From positions 2,516-66,515 of IMG/VR virus record IMGVR_UViG_3300025449_000001: DNA of 64,000 bases, one strand, 5' to 3'. A program made the translations under genes and the position numbers. The stretch comes from a virus (lineage: Duplodnaviria; Caudoviricetes). The notes under the pieces were generated by a model, which did not search any database, was not told the DNA's origin, and saw only the letters and a program-made list of their open reading frames with translations. Positions within the stretch are counted from its first letter, which is position 1. Every line of letters starts with the position of its first letter. Of this stretch, positions 16,976 through 26,323 are shown one piece after another.

Positions 16976-19885
16976 TTATTGTCCTTCTTGTGGTTGTGAT
17001 TGTTGTGGTTGTTGCGCTTGTTGTTGCTCCATTTGAGCCATTTGTTGCTGATGTTGCTCATTTGCTTGTTGCAACTGCTGTTGATGCTGTTGATCTGCTT
17101 GTTGTAGACCTTGTTGGTGCTGTTGTGCCGCTTGTTGTGTTTCTAAAGCATGTTGTTGCTGTGCTTTTTCCATTTCAATCTGGTTTTGCACCTGTTGTGA
17201 CTGTTGTTCAAATGTTTGTTGCTGTACAGCCAGTCCATGTTGTCTAATATCTTGGTTTGCAGCGTTAATAGCATCCAAAGCAGACTGATTTTGTTCTGCT
17301 TCAAGTTGTCTTTGTTGCTGATCCATCTGTGCTTGTGCTGAAATCATTGCAACACGCTCTTTTGCAGCATTATTGATGTTAGCCATTGCAATATCTGTTG
17401 CATTACGTTGGTTATCGATACTAGTTTGTGTTGAATACTTAGCTTGTAACTCTTGAACTTTCTGTTGCAACTCTGCCAATTTGAGTTGATACTCTTGTTG
17501 TTGTTTTTGAGCATCCAACTGCATACGAGCTTGCATTTCTTCTGTTTTGCGTTTGGTTTCTGCCATTTGTGTTTGCAGAATAACGTTGGCTGTTGGGTCT
17601 TGACCAAGCATTTGTTGTTGTTTTGCTTGTTGGGCTTGTGCAACTTTTTGTGATAACAACTGAATTTGTTGAACATAAGGTGCCAAATTTGTTTTGGCGT
17701 CTTGGTCAACCAATTTAGAGGCTAATGCAAGCGCTTTTTGAGCGTTTTGGTCAAGTGGTTTCTCTTTATGTAACTCAAAATCATCTTTTCCTGATCCTGC
17801 TTGAGCCACATAATTACGCATTTCTTGCAAATAGTGCAAGGTTAAGTGTTGTTTGATGTGTTCTAAGGCAAGTGGTGAGAATACAGGCCCAATAACTGGG
17901 TTTCCACCATATGCTGGGTTGTTTGCATACTCCAAATGCACTTGAATATGGGCAATGTGATCTTGGTCTGGGAATGCGGCAGACGCTTGACCCATTGTCA
18001 TTGCTACGTTTTCAAGTGCTGGGTTAGATTCCACCACACCTTGAGGGTTTGGTAGCACTTCGGAGACTGCTGGTATCTTCATTTGACTTAAAATACGGCT
18101 ATATACCGCACGTATATTAAACATTCCTGGGGGCGCAGATGTTGCTAATTGCAACAATGCTTGATTTTGAGCCAATCTCTGTGTTTCAGAAAAAATATTG
18201 GGATCAGAAACCGGTCTAACGTCATTGTTGTAAGCAAAATCACGTACTTCAATTTCTTCGCCAGACTGGTTGTCCATTTCATCAAGGTACCAGTGGTTAA
18301 TACGAGAGATAATTTTTAAAGATTTAGCTTGTGAACGGTGCAAACGTGCATGAATGCTTGAGAAAACCTTAGCACCTTGTTCAATTAATGCTTGTGTTGT
18401 ACCAACAGGCATTTGATTATTGGCTTCACCAATTTTTTCTTCTGCCGTTGTCACCACACCTTTGGCTTGGTCAGTTAACCAACCCAATAATGAAAATAAA
18501 ACATTAGATGGTGGGTTAAATGGCATTGGCATTGCCAATTTACGCACATCGTCCACACCGGGCGCACCTTCAATTTCAACTACTTGGGTAGGTTCAATCC
18601 TATCACTTTGTCCACCAATGCGTCCACCCTTGAGTTTAAGCATTGTCTGACTGTTGTTAATATGCGCAGCATCAAGGAGAGCACGAAGTGAGCCAGTGAG
18701 AGCGGCAGCAAGACCGCCAATAAGGTGAGGTAAACCAATAGCATAAGCGCCGCGCCAAGGTATGAACTTAAATTCAACGTACCAGTCCATCTTTTCAAGT
18801 TTTTCATCGCCAGATTCCCAATTACGTTTTAAAGATAATACCTTGCTAGTTGTTTCGTCAATTGTTAAAATGTATGGTGCACGTTTTCCATCGGTTTCTG
18901 AATCATCTTCCAACCGCATAAAACATGTAATCTCATAAATTCTACGTAAACCATCCACATTTTTAGAAGGTAAATCTTTTCCTTCAATTTTATCATTTGC
19001 TTTTGCAGATTGTGTTTGGTCATTGAGTGGTGCATCTGAAGAATATTCAGAATCTATGTCAACATAAATACCTTGCTCCACACGTTGAAGGAAAATATCT
19101 TCAGTAATGTCTTGAACTTCTGTTACACGTTGGGCTGTGTAGAAATTTGTAGATGAATAAGGTAACAGAATGTTATCAATTGGCACCCATTCACACATTG
19201 GGCGCTTTTGTTCGTCATCATAACGCCATTTTAAGAACTGTGAACCACCGAGTGGTAACTGAGTGAGCAATTGCTCCATCTCATCACGATATTCTGGAAT
19301 TTGTTCTGTCAACTGCCAATTCATAAATGTTACTTTACGATCTGCAGTACTTTCTTTTTTGCGGTCAGCCTCGCCCTTAATGTTGGATTTAACCAATCCA
19401 TCGGGCGGTAAAAGTTCTTTTGCTGAGTTTGCAGCAAAATCTACACAAGCTTCTGCCATAACTGGATGAACAACTTTACTAGCACCGTCGAAAGTAGCAC
19501 CGCCTGGAGCGTCCTTACCAAGACCAGTGCGACGTAATCCCTCTTCATATTGTTTGTCCCTTTGCTCTCTTGATTCTTTATCGACGTCAATTAAGTCTAA
19601 GTATTCAATTGCAAGGGAATTTAAAGTTTGCTCGTCAAACTCTTCTGCTAAGTTAGCATAAAACTCTGGATTCTTTTGCGGACCTTCTTTTTCTTGGAAA
19701 TTTACTACTACAGAGCCATCTTCAAGCTCTATAACTTCTTGTTCTACTTGGTCATCTTCTAAATCAAACATCTCTGCATATGCTTCCATGTCCTCATCTT
19801 GACCTTCTTTTTTGTGAAGATCATCTTCAGCGTCAAGATTAAGCAGGTTACTGCCAGCTTGAATCGGTAATATTGGATTTGCCAT
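16976..19885 (-). CDS. Portal protein with long Gln-rich C-terminal extension
   Basis: 969 aa directly downstream of TerL; HPVMAEACVDF, GGSQFLK, coiled-coil Q-rich tail. Confidence 0.85.
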   Translation of the reverse strand: MANPILPIQAGSNLLNLDAEDDLHKKEGQDEDMEAYAEMFDLEDDQVEQEVIELEDGSVVVNFQEKEGPQKNPEFYANLAEEFDEQTLNSLAIEYLDLIDVDKESREQRDKQYEEGLRRTGLGKDAPGGATFDGASKVVHPVMAEACVDFAANSAKELLPPDGLVKSNIKGEADRKKESTADRKVTFMNWQLTEQIPEYRDEMEQLLTQLPLGGSQFLKWRYDDEQKRPMCEWVPIDNILLPYSSTNFYTAQRVTEVQDITEDIFLQRVEQGIYVDIDSEYSSDAPLNDQTQSAKANDKIEGKDLPSKNVDGLRRIYEITCFMRLEDDSETDGKRAPYILTIDETTSKVLSLKRNWESGDEKLEKMDWYVEFKFIPWRGAYAIGLPHLIGGLAAALTGSLRALLDAAHINNSQTMLKLKGGRIGGQSDRIEPTQVVEIEGAPGVDDVRKLAMPMPFNPPSNVLFSLLGWLTDQAKGVVTTAEEKIGEANNQMPVGTTQALIEQGAKVFSSIHARLHRSQAKSLKIISRINHWYLDEMDNQSGEEIEVRDFAYNNDVRPVSDPNIFSETQRLAQNQALLQLATSAPPGMFNIRAVYSRILSQMKIPAVSEVLPNPQGVVESNPALENVAMTMGQASAAFPDQDHIAHIQVHLEYANNPAYGGNPVIGPVFSPLALEHIKQHLTLHYLQEMRNYVAQAGSGKDDFELHKEKPLDQNAQKALALASKLVDQDAKTNLAPYVQQIQLLSQKVAQAQQAKQQQMLGQDPTANVILQTQMAETKRKTEEMQARMQLDAQKQQQEYQLKLAELQQKVQELQAKYSTQTSIDNQRNATDIAMANINNAAKERVAMISAQAQMDQQQRQLEAEQNQSALDAINAANQDIRQHGLAVQQQTFEQQSQQVQNQIEMEKAQQQHALETQQAAQQHQQGLQQADQQHQQQLQQANEQHQQQMAQMEQQQAQQPQQSQPQEGQ

Positions 19886-19926
19886 ATGCTTTTATAAAAA
19901 ATTGGTGAATGAAGATTCCTATTTAC

Positions 19927-19956
19927 ACTAATGCAAAAAATAGGAGGTTTACGCCC
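19927..19956 (-). promoter_or_regulatory. Phage late promoter motif (copy 3)
   Basis: GGGCG-N16-TGCATTAGT exact, upstream of portal. Confidence 0.75.
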
Positions 19957-19968
19957 TTAAATAATTAA

Positions 19969-21414
19969 TTATTGTGCGTAAGGATTTGCAGTTCTTTTTC
20001 TGTAATCGTCGTCAGCGTAACTATAATCTCTGGCTGGCAACGGGTCTAATTGAATCCATCCTGAGTCTCTAAGTACTCGTAATGCTTGTGAAAGTGAGTC
20101 CACATAGTCATCATGACCCCCCGCTTCTGGGAATGAACACACTTGACGTAAAAATCTTTTTGCCCAATGGGCAAATTCGCCTTTTTGTGTTGGCTCTTCT
20201 GGAATATATACCTTGCCTTTTGACACAATTGGTGCTACAATATTAAGACGTTGAACTTTATCAGCACGTCCTGGGTTGTAACTTCGGACTGGCACTTGGG
20301 CGCCTTGAAGTTCTTGTATCAAAGAGATACCAGCAGACTTGTCTTCCATCAAAATAAGGTCAGCCTTACGCCCTTTAGCAAACGTATTGTCAGCTCCGTA
20401 AACAACCTCTTTAAAATCATCAATCACTTTACGTCGAAGTTCTGGGTAAGATAAATGAGCATCCCAAGAATCCAATAAAATAATGCACGTGCCGACGTCA
20501 GTCTGTTCAAAAATTCCCCACACTGTACACGCTGTTGGGTCATTCATGGTTTTTTCTGAGGTGGCTGGGTCATAAGACGCAATCACATATTCCAAGTTTG
20601 GTGTTGGCTTTTTAGCTGGCCACATCTTAAACATCTTACGCTTGATAATACCCGCAGCTTCTGGGTCAAGTATTTGTCCATAAATCTCTTGTTTTCCAAT
20701 GTCGGTGCCATCATACGTCTCAAGCTGTTTAAAGAACGTTTCTGAAAGGTTTTGTCTATTGTCGTAAGATGAAGCATTTGCCACATACACATCACCACCC
20801 ACTTTGCCCTCATTAAGGTCAACAATTAACTCTTTTGGTTTAGGTGTGGTTGTGATAATTTGCTGAACACGTGCAAGCCTTGGATCACGCAAACGTAATG
20901 TAAACTGCACACCGTCATACGCCTCGTCAATATAATCAAACGCACACAACTCATCAAACCACGCACCATGATATTGCTTACCACGATAACGCTCAGGTTC
21001 TGAACCAGGTATGCCCTGTATCAAAGAACCATTTTTTAAAGTAATCTCAAACAAGGATTTATTGTAACTCTCAATCAACGACGGTGGTATGATGTTAAGT
21101 AATCCCGAATCACCTTCAAAGCACGTTGCCCTAATGTCGTTAGATGTCGGTGCTGTTACCAACCAACGGGTGTTATCCAAGGTTGCCGCACGTATTCCAA
21201 TCCAATGTGACGCTGTGTGAGTCTTTCCAGATCCTCGACCCGCCAACATGAGGAATGTATCATACTCGCCATCTTCTGGTTCTTTTTGATGCGGAAGTGC
21301 TTGTAACTTCCATTTGATTTGCCATGTGGCTAAGTCAAGTTGTTCTTTAGGCCAGTGCTGTCGATCTTTAATAAACTTTTCAATAAGTTTTTGGTTTTGT
21401 GGACTTAGTGACAT
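19969..21414 (-). CDS. terL: Terminase large subunit
   Basis: Walker A AGRGSGKT, Walker B AWFDE, nuclease SYDPA...HDDYVD. Confidence 0.95.
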   Translation of the reverse strand: MSLSPQNQKLIEKFIKDRQHWPKEQLDLATWQIKWKLQALPHQKEPEDGEYDTFLMLAGRGSGKTHTASHWIGIRAATLDNTRWLVTAPTSNDIRATCFEGDSGLLNIIPPSLIESYNKSLFEITLKNGSLIQGIPGSEPERYRGKQYHGAWFDELCAFDYIDEAYDGVQFTLRLRDPRLARVQQIITTTPKPKELIVDLNEGKVGGDVYVANASSYDNRQNLSETFFKQLETYDGTDIGKQEIYGQILDPEAAGIIKRKMFKMWPAKKPTPNLEYVIASYDPATSEKTMNDPTACTVWGIFEQTDVGTCIILLDSWDAHLSYPELRRKVIDDFKEVVYGADNTFAKGRKADLILMEDKSAGISLIQELQGAQVPVRSYNPGRADKVQRLNIVAPIVSKGKVYIPEEPTQKGEFAHWAKRFLRQVCSFPEAGGHDDYVDSLSQALRVLRDSGWIQLDPLPARDYSYADDDYRKRTANPYAQ

Positions 21415-22376
21415 GGTATAAATCCTTCACCTACCAAAAAACCTGTGTCTGGGCTGTCAGTTTCAATATGCACACACAATTGCTCTGGCAGAGGTATAAC
21501 CTCTCGAATATATCGACGAGCCAAATGCACCCTTGTTTTGGGTTCTTTTTGATTATGGACTAATGGTAGCTTTGATTTAAAAAAGATACTGTAGTTGTTT
21601 AATATGTTGTCGTGTTGCACTGTGATTTTATGTCCTAAAGATTCTAACAATCCTTGCATCTGTAAAATAATGGCATAATGCTTTGAACTAAATCTAAACT
21701 TATTCTTTGCTACTGAATACTGATAGGATTTAGCATGCATAATGCCACGTAATAATTCAATTCGCTGTTCTTCTGAACCCATCAGATAGTTGTTTGGTAT
21801 CTTGTGGGTGGGGTATCCAACCAAGTGACTTTCGATTGTTGGTGTAACTGAAAACTTTTTTTCGCCTGTGGGTAATTTTGAATGTTCTTTTACTTTATAC
21901 CCACAGTCTTTAAATTGTTCATGAACGTATTCAGAAAATCCTCTAGGTGCCGCCATGGTTTTGTCAGACCGCCGATTAAAAAACCAAAATCCAAATAAGA
22001 ACGGCGGCACTGGTAATGTTTGATGTGGTAGTTTAATGGGTTGTGTTGTTGGTAAAGAAAGCCTTTCATCTGTTTCCAATAAATCTAAAACGCTAACTTC
22101 CAATAACTTTTGCCTAAATTTTTGAACGCCTTTGTAACGTAATAAGTGTTCTCTATAATAACCCGTCTCTACCAAAAATGATAGGTGCTGGTCACCACAA
22201 ACTTCCAATTTATCGTTAAATTGGACAGCATAGCATTTAGGCGATCTGTATTCTTGAACTAACGTAACAGTACAAGGATTACCTTGTTGATCAAAAACAA
22301 CATCACCTTTTTTTAGGTTGTGTGCCGTTTTCCAATAATCCAAGGTTAAAATCTTCTGATTCGCTAGTATCGCCAT
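21405..22376 (-). CDS. Free-standing degenerate intein (Hint plus LAGLIDADG-like domain) without exteins
   Basis: N-terminal AILANQKILTLDYWKTAHNLKKGDVVFDQQG (intein block A), GDQHL (block B), degenerate LAGLIDADG blocks, C-terminal FLVGEGFIPCH-stop (block G without Asn). Confidence 0.85.
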   Translation of the reverse strand: MAILANQKILTLDYWKTAHNLKKGDVVFDQQGNPCTVTLVQEYRSPKCYAVQFNDKLEVCGDQHLSFLVETGYYREHLLRYKGVQKFRQKLLEVSVLDLLETDERLSLPTTQPIKLPHQTLPVPPFLFGFWFFNRRSDKTMAAPRGFSEYVHEQFKDCGYKVKEHSKLPTGEKKFSVTPTIESHLVGYPTHKIPNNYLMGSEEQRIELLRGIMHAKSYQYSVAKNKFRFSSKHYAIILQMQGLLESLGHKITVQHDNILNNYSIFFKSKLPLVHNQKEPKTRVHLARRYIREVIPLPEQLCVHIETDSPDTGFLVGEGFIPCH

Positions 22377-22644
22377 AAATTAAATTCAATACCCATTCGT
22401 CTAACCAATGCCCAAGCGGCATTCTAATATCATTTTGCACAGTGGCAGGTAACTTTCTCATATCAAACGTTTCTGATAACTTTAACCTAAACTCAAGATA
22501 TTTAATTGTTTCTTGGTCAAATATGTTCGCTGGCACGTTTGCTAACCCAAAATTGTAGTTTGTGCAAACAAATACCCTGAAGCCACCGAAACTTCGATTT
22601 GCATTTTCCAATGCCCCTTGAATTTGATATAAGTATTTACTCAT
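22303..22644 (-). CDS. Hypothetical protein, first gene of the terminase operon
   Basis: Start reassigned to MSKYLYQIQG, just downstream of the late promoter. Confidence 0.6.
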   Translation of the reverse strand: MSKYLYQIQGALENANRSFGGFRVFVCTNYNFGLANVPANIFDQETIKYLEFRLKLSETFDMRKLPATVQNDIRMPLGHWLDEWVLNLIYGDTSESEDFNLGLLENGTQPKKR

Positions 22645-22650
22645 ACATCC

Positions 22651-22680
22651 ACTAATGCAAAAAATTATCTGTATCCGCCC
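22651..22680 (-). promoter_or_regulatory. Phage late promoter motif (copy 4)
   Basis: GGGCG-N16-TGCATTAGT exact. Confidence 0.75.
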
Positions 22681-22705
22681 TTTTTCCAAAAATAAATCCA
22701 AATTT

Positions 22706-22928
<223 letters not shown>

Positions 22929-23076
22929 TTAAAAAAATTTTAGAAATGAAAAAACTTGTGGTTTGGGCACCCCCCGGGCCGCCCGAAGGCCGAGAGGCTC
23001 AAATTGGTGGTGTCGCTTTTTTGCAACACCCCCTTATCACATTGTGGTAGATCATTTCACAATGCGGCATGGCCTA

Positions 23077-23245
23077 GTTAGTGAGTGCTTACTAACATAC
23101 AGGCGGCGCACCAACATGGTGCATGGCCAAAGTGAGTGAGTGCTTACTTACCTGGCTGCACCAATGTAGTGCATAGGTTAGTGAGTGCTTACTAACATAC
23201 CAGGCTGCACCAATGTAGTGCATAGGTTAGTGAGTGCTTACTAAC
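23077..23245. repeat. Tandem array of alternating palindromes (GTTAGTGAGTGCTTACTAAC x4; NtrC-box-like x3)
   Basis: Units at 23077, 23132, 23177 and 23226, separated by (C/T)GCACCAnnnT(G/A)GTGCA at 23107, 23157 and 23206. Confidence 0.85.
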
Positions 23246-23514
23246 ATAGGCTAGGCGTGTGTGAGGCAACGAGGCAATGTGGTGCGTAAAACCAGCACTA
23301 ACTAGAATGAATTATCACCTAAAAACTATAATCAATTTAGAGGCGTTTTAAGAGGGTATAGAGCGATTTTTACTTATTTTGATACCCTATCATTAAAATC
23401 TAATTATCTCTAGTCTAAGGGTAAACCCTAATAGGGTAAACACCTATGTTTATTTATTACCAATATGGTATTTTAATGATGTATTTATTAATTATATATA
23501 GAGAGGAAAATACA

Positions 23515-24231
23515 ATGTTTAAAAGAAAACAATTATTAGGTTTTAATACTAATGCCAAAACAATCAAAGGGGAAAAAATAGGATTCTATACTGGCATTCT
23601 ATACCTAGCACCAAACGATATTAGTGGTTATCAAGTTTGCCCTATGGCAAAATTAGCAAAATGTGATATTCCTTGTTTGTATACAAGCGGAAGAGGTGCA
23701 TTTAATAGTATTCAAAAAGCGAGAATCGAAAAAACTAAATATTTTTTTGAAAATCGTAACGATTTTATGATTAATATTTGTAAAGATATTCTTAAGGGTA
23801 TTAAAAAAGCAAAACAATTAAACCAAGAATTATTAATTAGATTAAATGGCACAAGTGATATTAAATTTGAAAATGTAGATTTTACTTATAATGGTAATCA
23901 CTACAATAATATTATGGAATGTTTTCCTAATGTACAATTTTACGATTACACTAAGATCCCTAATAGGAATAATCTTCCAAGTAATTATGATTTAACATTC
24001 TCTTATTCCAATGCAATAACATTTCACAAATATAATGATATTGCAATAAACAATAAAGAGCGTATCGCAGTAGTTTTTAGATACGAGAGAGATATACCTA
24101 AAACATTTAAGGGTTTAAATGTAATTGGAGGGGATAATTCGGATGTTAGACACATCGAAGATAAAAATACTATTGTGGCATTATATGCTAAGGGTAAAGC
24201 AATTAAGGATAATAGTGGTTTTGTAGTTTAA
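23515..24231 (+). CDS. GP88-family phage protein (Cys-cluster)
   Basis: YLAP...CPMAKLAKCDIPCLYTSGRG...IRLNGTSDI...FYDYTK...YDLTFS; start reassigned after GAGAGGA. Confidence 0.7.
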   Translation: MFKRKQLLGFNTNAKTIKGEKIGFYTGILYLAPNDISGYQVCPMAKLAKCDIPCLYTSGRGAFNSIQKARIEKTKYFFENRNDFMINICKDILKGIKKAKQLNQELLIRLNGTSDIKFENVDFTYNGNHYNNIMECFPNVQFYDYTKIPNRNNLPSNYDLTFSYSNAITFHKYNDIAINNKERIAVVFRYERDIPKTFKGLNVIGGDNSDVRHIEDKNTIVALYAKGKAIKDNSGFVV

Positions 24232-24324
24232 TATTACTTTATAATCCATTATATTAATATAGTGGATTATAGGATTAATATTATATTAATCATTTATTAA
24301 TTAATTTATAAGGATATTAATATT

Positions 24325-24492
24325 ATGTGGAATTTTAAAAATGGAGGTTTTGTAAGTAAGAGCGAATTTTTCGAATATCTAAGAGATATACAGAGATTAT
24401 CTCAGAATGATATTGATAATATGTTTAAGGGTTTTACAGAAAAACAAATAAACGATTATTCAAAACAATATATCGATAATGAGGGGGTTTAA
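24325..24492 (+). CDS. Small early hypothetical protein (55 aa)
   Basis: Manual translation MWNFKNGGFVSKSEFFEYLRD...; AAGGA RBS. Confidence 0.55.
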   Translation: MWNFKNGGFVSKSEFFEYLRDIQRLSQNDIDNMFKGFTEKQINDYSKQYIDNEGV

Positions 24493-24494
24493 TC

Positions 24495-24731
24495 ATGGAA
24501 AAAAGACAAGTAAACACAATAGCATTTGACATTAAAAAACATTGGAAAAAACCATACTTTGGAGCAATACCATATCTTGAGGCTATGACTCATTTACATA
24601 CTGTCAACGACATGTATATGTATGATGATGGAAAATCAATAGTTAGATATTTTTTAGCGAATTCTAGCACGTTTAGGGGGGAAGAGGCTAAGAGATTAAA
24701 ATTAGAATTAAAATCATTATTAAACGATTAA
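24495..24731 (+). CDS. Conserved small phage protein
   Basis: YFGAIPYLEAM...SIVRYFLANSSTFRGEEAKRLKLELK. Confidence 0.7.
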   Translation: MEKRQVNTIAFDIKKHWKKPYFGAIPYLEAMTHLHTVNDMYMYDDGKSIVRYFLANSSTFRGEEAKRLKLELKSLLND

Positions 24732-24746
24732 ATAATCCACTATTAC

Positions 24747-24777
24747 AAAACCCTAGTATTTACTAGGGTTTTTTTTT
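24747..24777 (+). terminator. Intrinsic terminator
   Basis: AAAACCCTAG-TATTTA-CTAGGGTTTT followed by a T run. Confidence 0.8.
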
Positions 24778-24790
24778 CGACTAAATTAAA

Positions 24791-25283
24791 AGTGTTGTTT
24801 CCTGGCAACATAGGGTAAACCCCTATTGACAAATACTAATGCACCATATTGGTGCGGCCAGATTAGGGTAAACCCTAATGATCAGAATGCCCTATATTCA
24901 ACGATTACATGAGGGGTAATGCACTTGTATTAAAACACCATAAAATCGCTCTATGCCCCTTTAAATGCCCTTACAATCGATTTTCATATGATGAAATCCT
25001 GGTTTTGCAATAAAACAACACATAGGGTAAACCCCTATTGACAGAAAAAGTGTTGTGATCATACAACATTAGGGTAAACACCTATTGACTGTTGTTTCCT
25101 GGCAACATAAGGGTAAACCCTTATTGACTTCTGGATCCAGCACCATATTGGTGCGCCAGGATTAGGGTAAACCCTAACGATTAGAACGCCCTATATTCAA
25201 CGATTAGACATGAGTTAATGCACTTGTATTAAAACACCATAAAATCGCTCTATGCCCCTAAAAATGCCCTTAAAATCGATTCT
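24791..25283. repeat. Degenerate direct duplication of about 190 bp carrying operator-like palindromes
   Basis: 24791-24983 resembles 25089-25283; contains TGTTG-N8-CAACA, TAGGG-N4/5-CCCTA, NtrC-like boxes and AAAATCGCTCTA. Confidence 0.8.
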
Positions 25284-25405
25284 GTATTTAATACCATCAA
25301 CAAACTATCAAATCTGTATTAGGGTTTTCCCTAATATGTTTTTTCTGTCAGTTTGCTATCCTATAGGTGTAGTAATTATTTAATCAATTTAATAAAGGAA
25401 TTTAT

Positions 25406-25636
25406 ATGGATAACGTAGAAAAGATTTTGAATAGTAAAGGTAAATTTTTTACTGTGACATTTACCAAAAAAGATGGCACTACTAGGGTAATGAATTGTCG
25501 ATTAGGTGTGACTAAATACCTTAAAGGTGGTGAGTCTACTTTAAACCCTAATGATTATATAACAGTTTACGATGTGCAGTCTAAGGGTTATCGTGCTATC
25601 AATCGTAAAACTATTATTGATGTAAAGGGGTTATGA
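25406..25636 (+). CDS. Small SH3/WYL_2-like phage protein
   Basis: FFTVTFTKKDGTTRVMNCRLGV...VYDVQSKGYRAI. Confidence 0.6.
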   Translation: MDNVEKILNSKGKFFTVTFTKKDGTTRVMNCRLGVTKYLKGGESTLNPNDYITVYDVQSKGYRAINRKTIIDVKGL

Positions 25637-25734
25637 TATGAAATATATCATTGCTCTTGGTGAGTTAATTTTATGCTTTGGTATTGGTATTGTTTTAGGT
25701 TTAACTTATTTATACGCTAAAGGAGGTTATTAAT

Positions 25735-26034
25735 ATGTTTACTATTCATGATGTAGATAATATAGAATCCAATGATTGTGACGAAGAGGAATACTATCGT
25801 TCCATTCAACGTGCTATTAACGATGGTATGTGGAATATGCAAGGTTCATACGGAAGAACCATGATGGAGGCTATAGAGTGTGGTTATTGCCTCTTAGGTA
25901 AAAAAGCATTTACTGATTATTATGGGAACATCATACCCTCTAGATTCCAAGTAGTATCACATTCTAAAGGTGGTATTGAATATGTTAAAAAAATGATGGG
26001 TAATGAGTGGTATAAGATGATGGAGGAATTATAA
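25735..26034 (+). CDS. Conserved early hypothetical protein
   Basis: GGAGG RBS; WNMQGSYGRTMMEAIECGYCLL...DYYGN. Confidence 0.65.
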   Translation: MFTIHDVDNIESNDCDEEEYYRSIQRAINDGMWNMQGSYGRTMMEAIECGYCLLGKKAFTDYYGNIIPSRFQVVSHSKGGIEYVKKMMGNEWYKMMEEL

Positions 26035-26146
26035 AGAACATTAGGGCAAACCCTTGTGTTGTTTCCAGGCAACATTAGGGTTTATCCTAGTAGTTTTTTA
26101 TTTTGATTGATTCATAATAGTAGTATCAATTTTTTATGGAGGTAGT

Positions 26147-26323
26147 ATGGATATTATTGAAAAGCAAATACTTGACGAAGCTTTAAAGCACTATAGAGGC
26201 TATCTTTTAAATGAAATGCGTAGAATGGGTCAAGACGATTTAAAACGTTATGGACGTGAAACTAACGAATTGATGGCTAAGTGTGAGAACCTTATTAAAC
26301 GAACATGGGAGGGATGTTTATGA
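26147..26323 (+). CDS. Small early hypothetical protein
   Basis: Manual translation MDIIEKQILDEALKHYRG...; GGAGG RBS. Confidence 0.55.
   Translation: MDIIEKQILDEALKHYRGYLLNEMRRMGQDDLKRYGRETNELMAKCENLIKRTWEGCL

Noticed and set aside
19969-21414. Active intein within TerL
   Set aside because: TerL is continuous with all motifs present. The intein-like ORF is separate and lacks the terminal Asn.
23077-23245. CRISPR mini-array or TIGR-like array
   Set aside because: The intervening segments are near-copies of each other and are themselves palindromes, their lengths vary from 25 to 35 nt, and no cas or Tas gene is present. This fits a tandem operator array.
24835-24864. Tenth late promoter (ACTAATGCA present)
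   Set aside because: The CGCCC half is missing at the 16-nt spacing, and the match overlaps an NtrC-like box.
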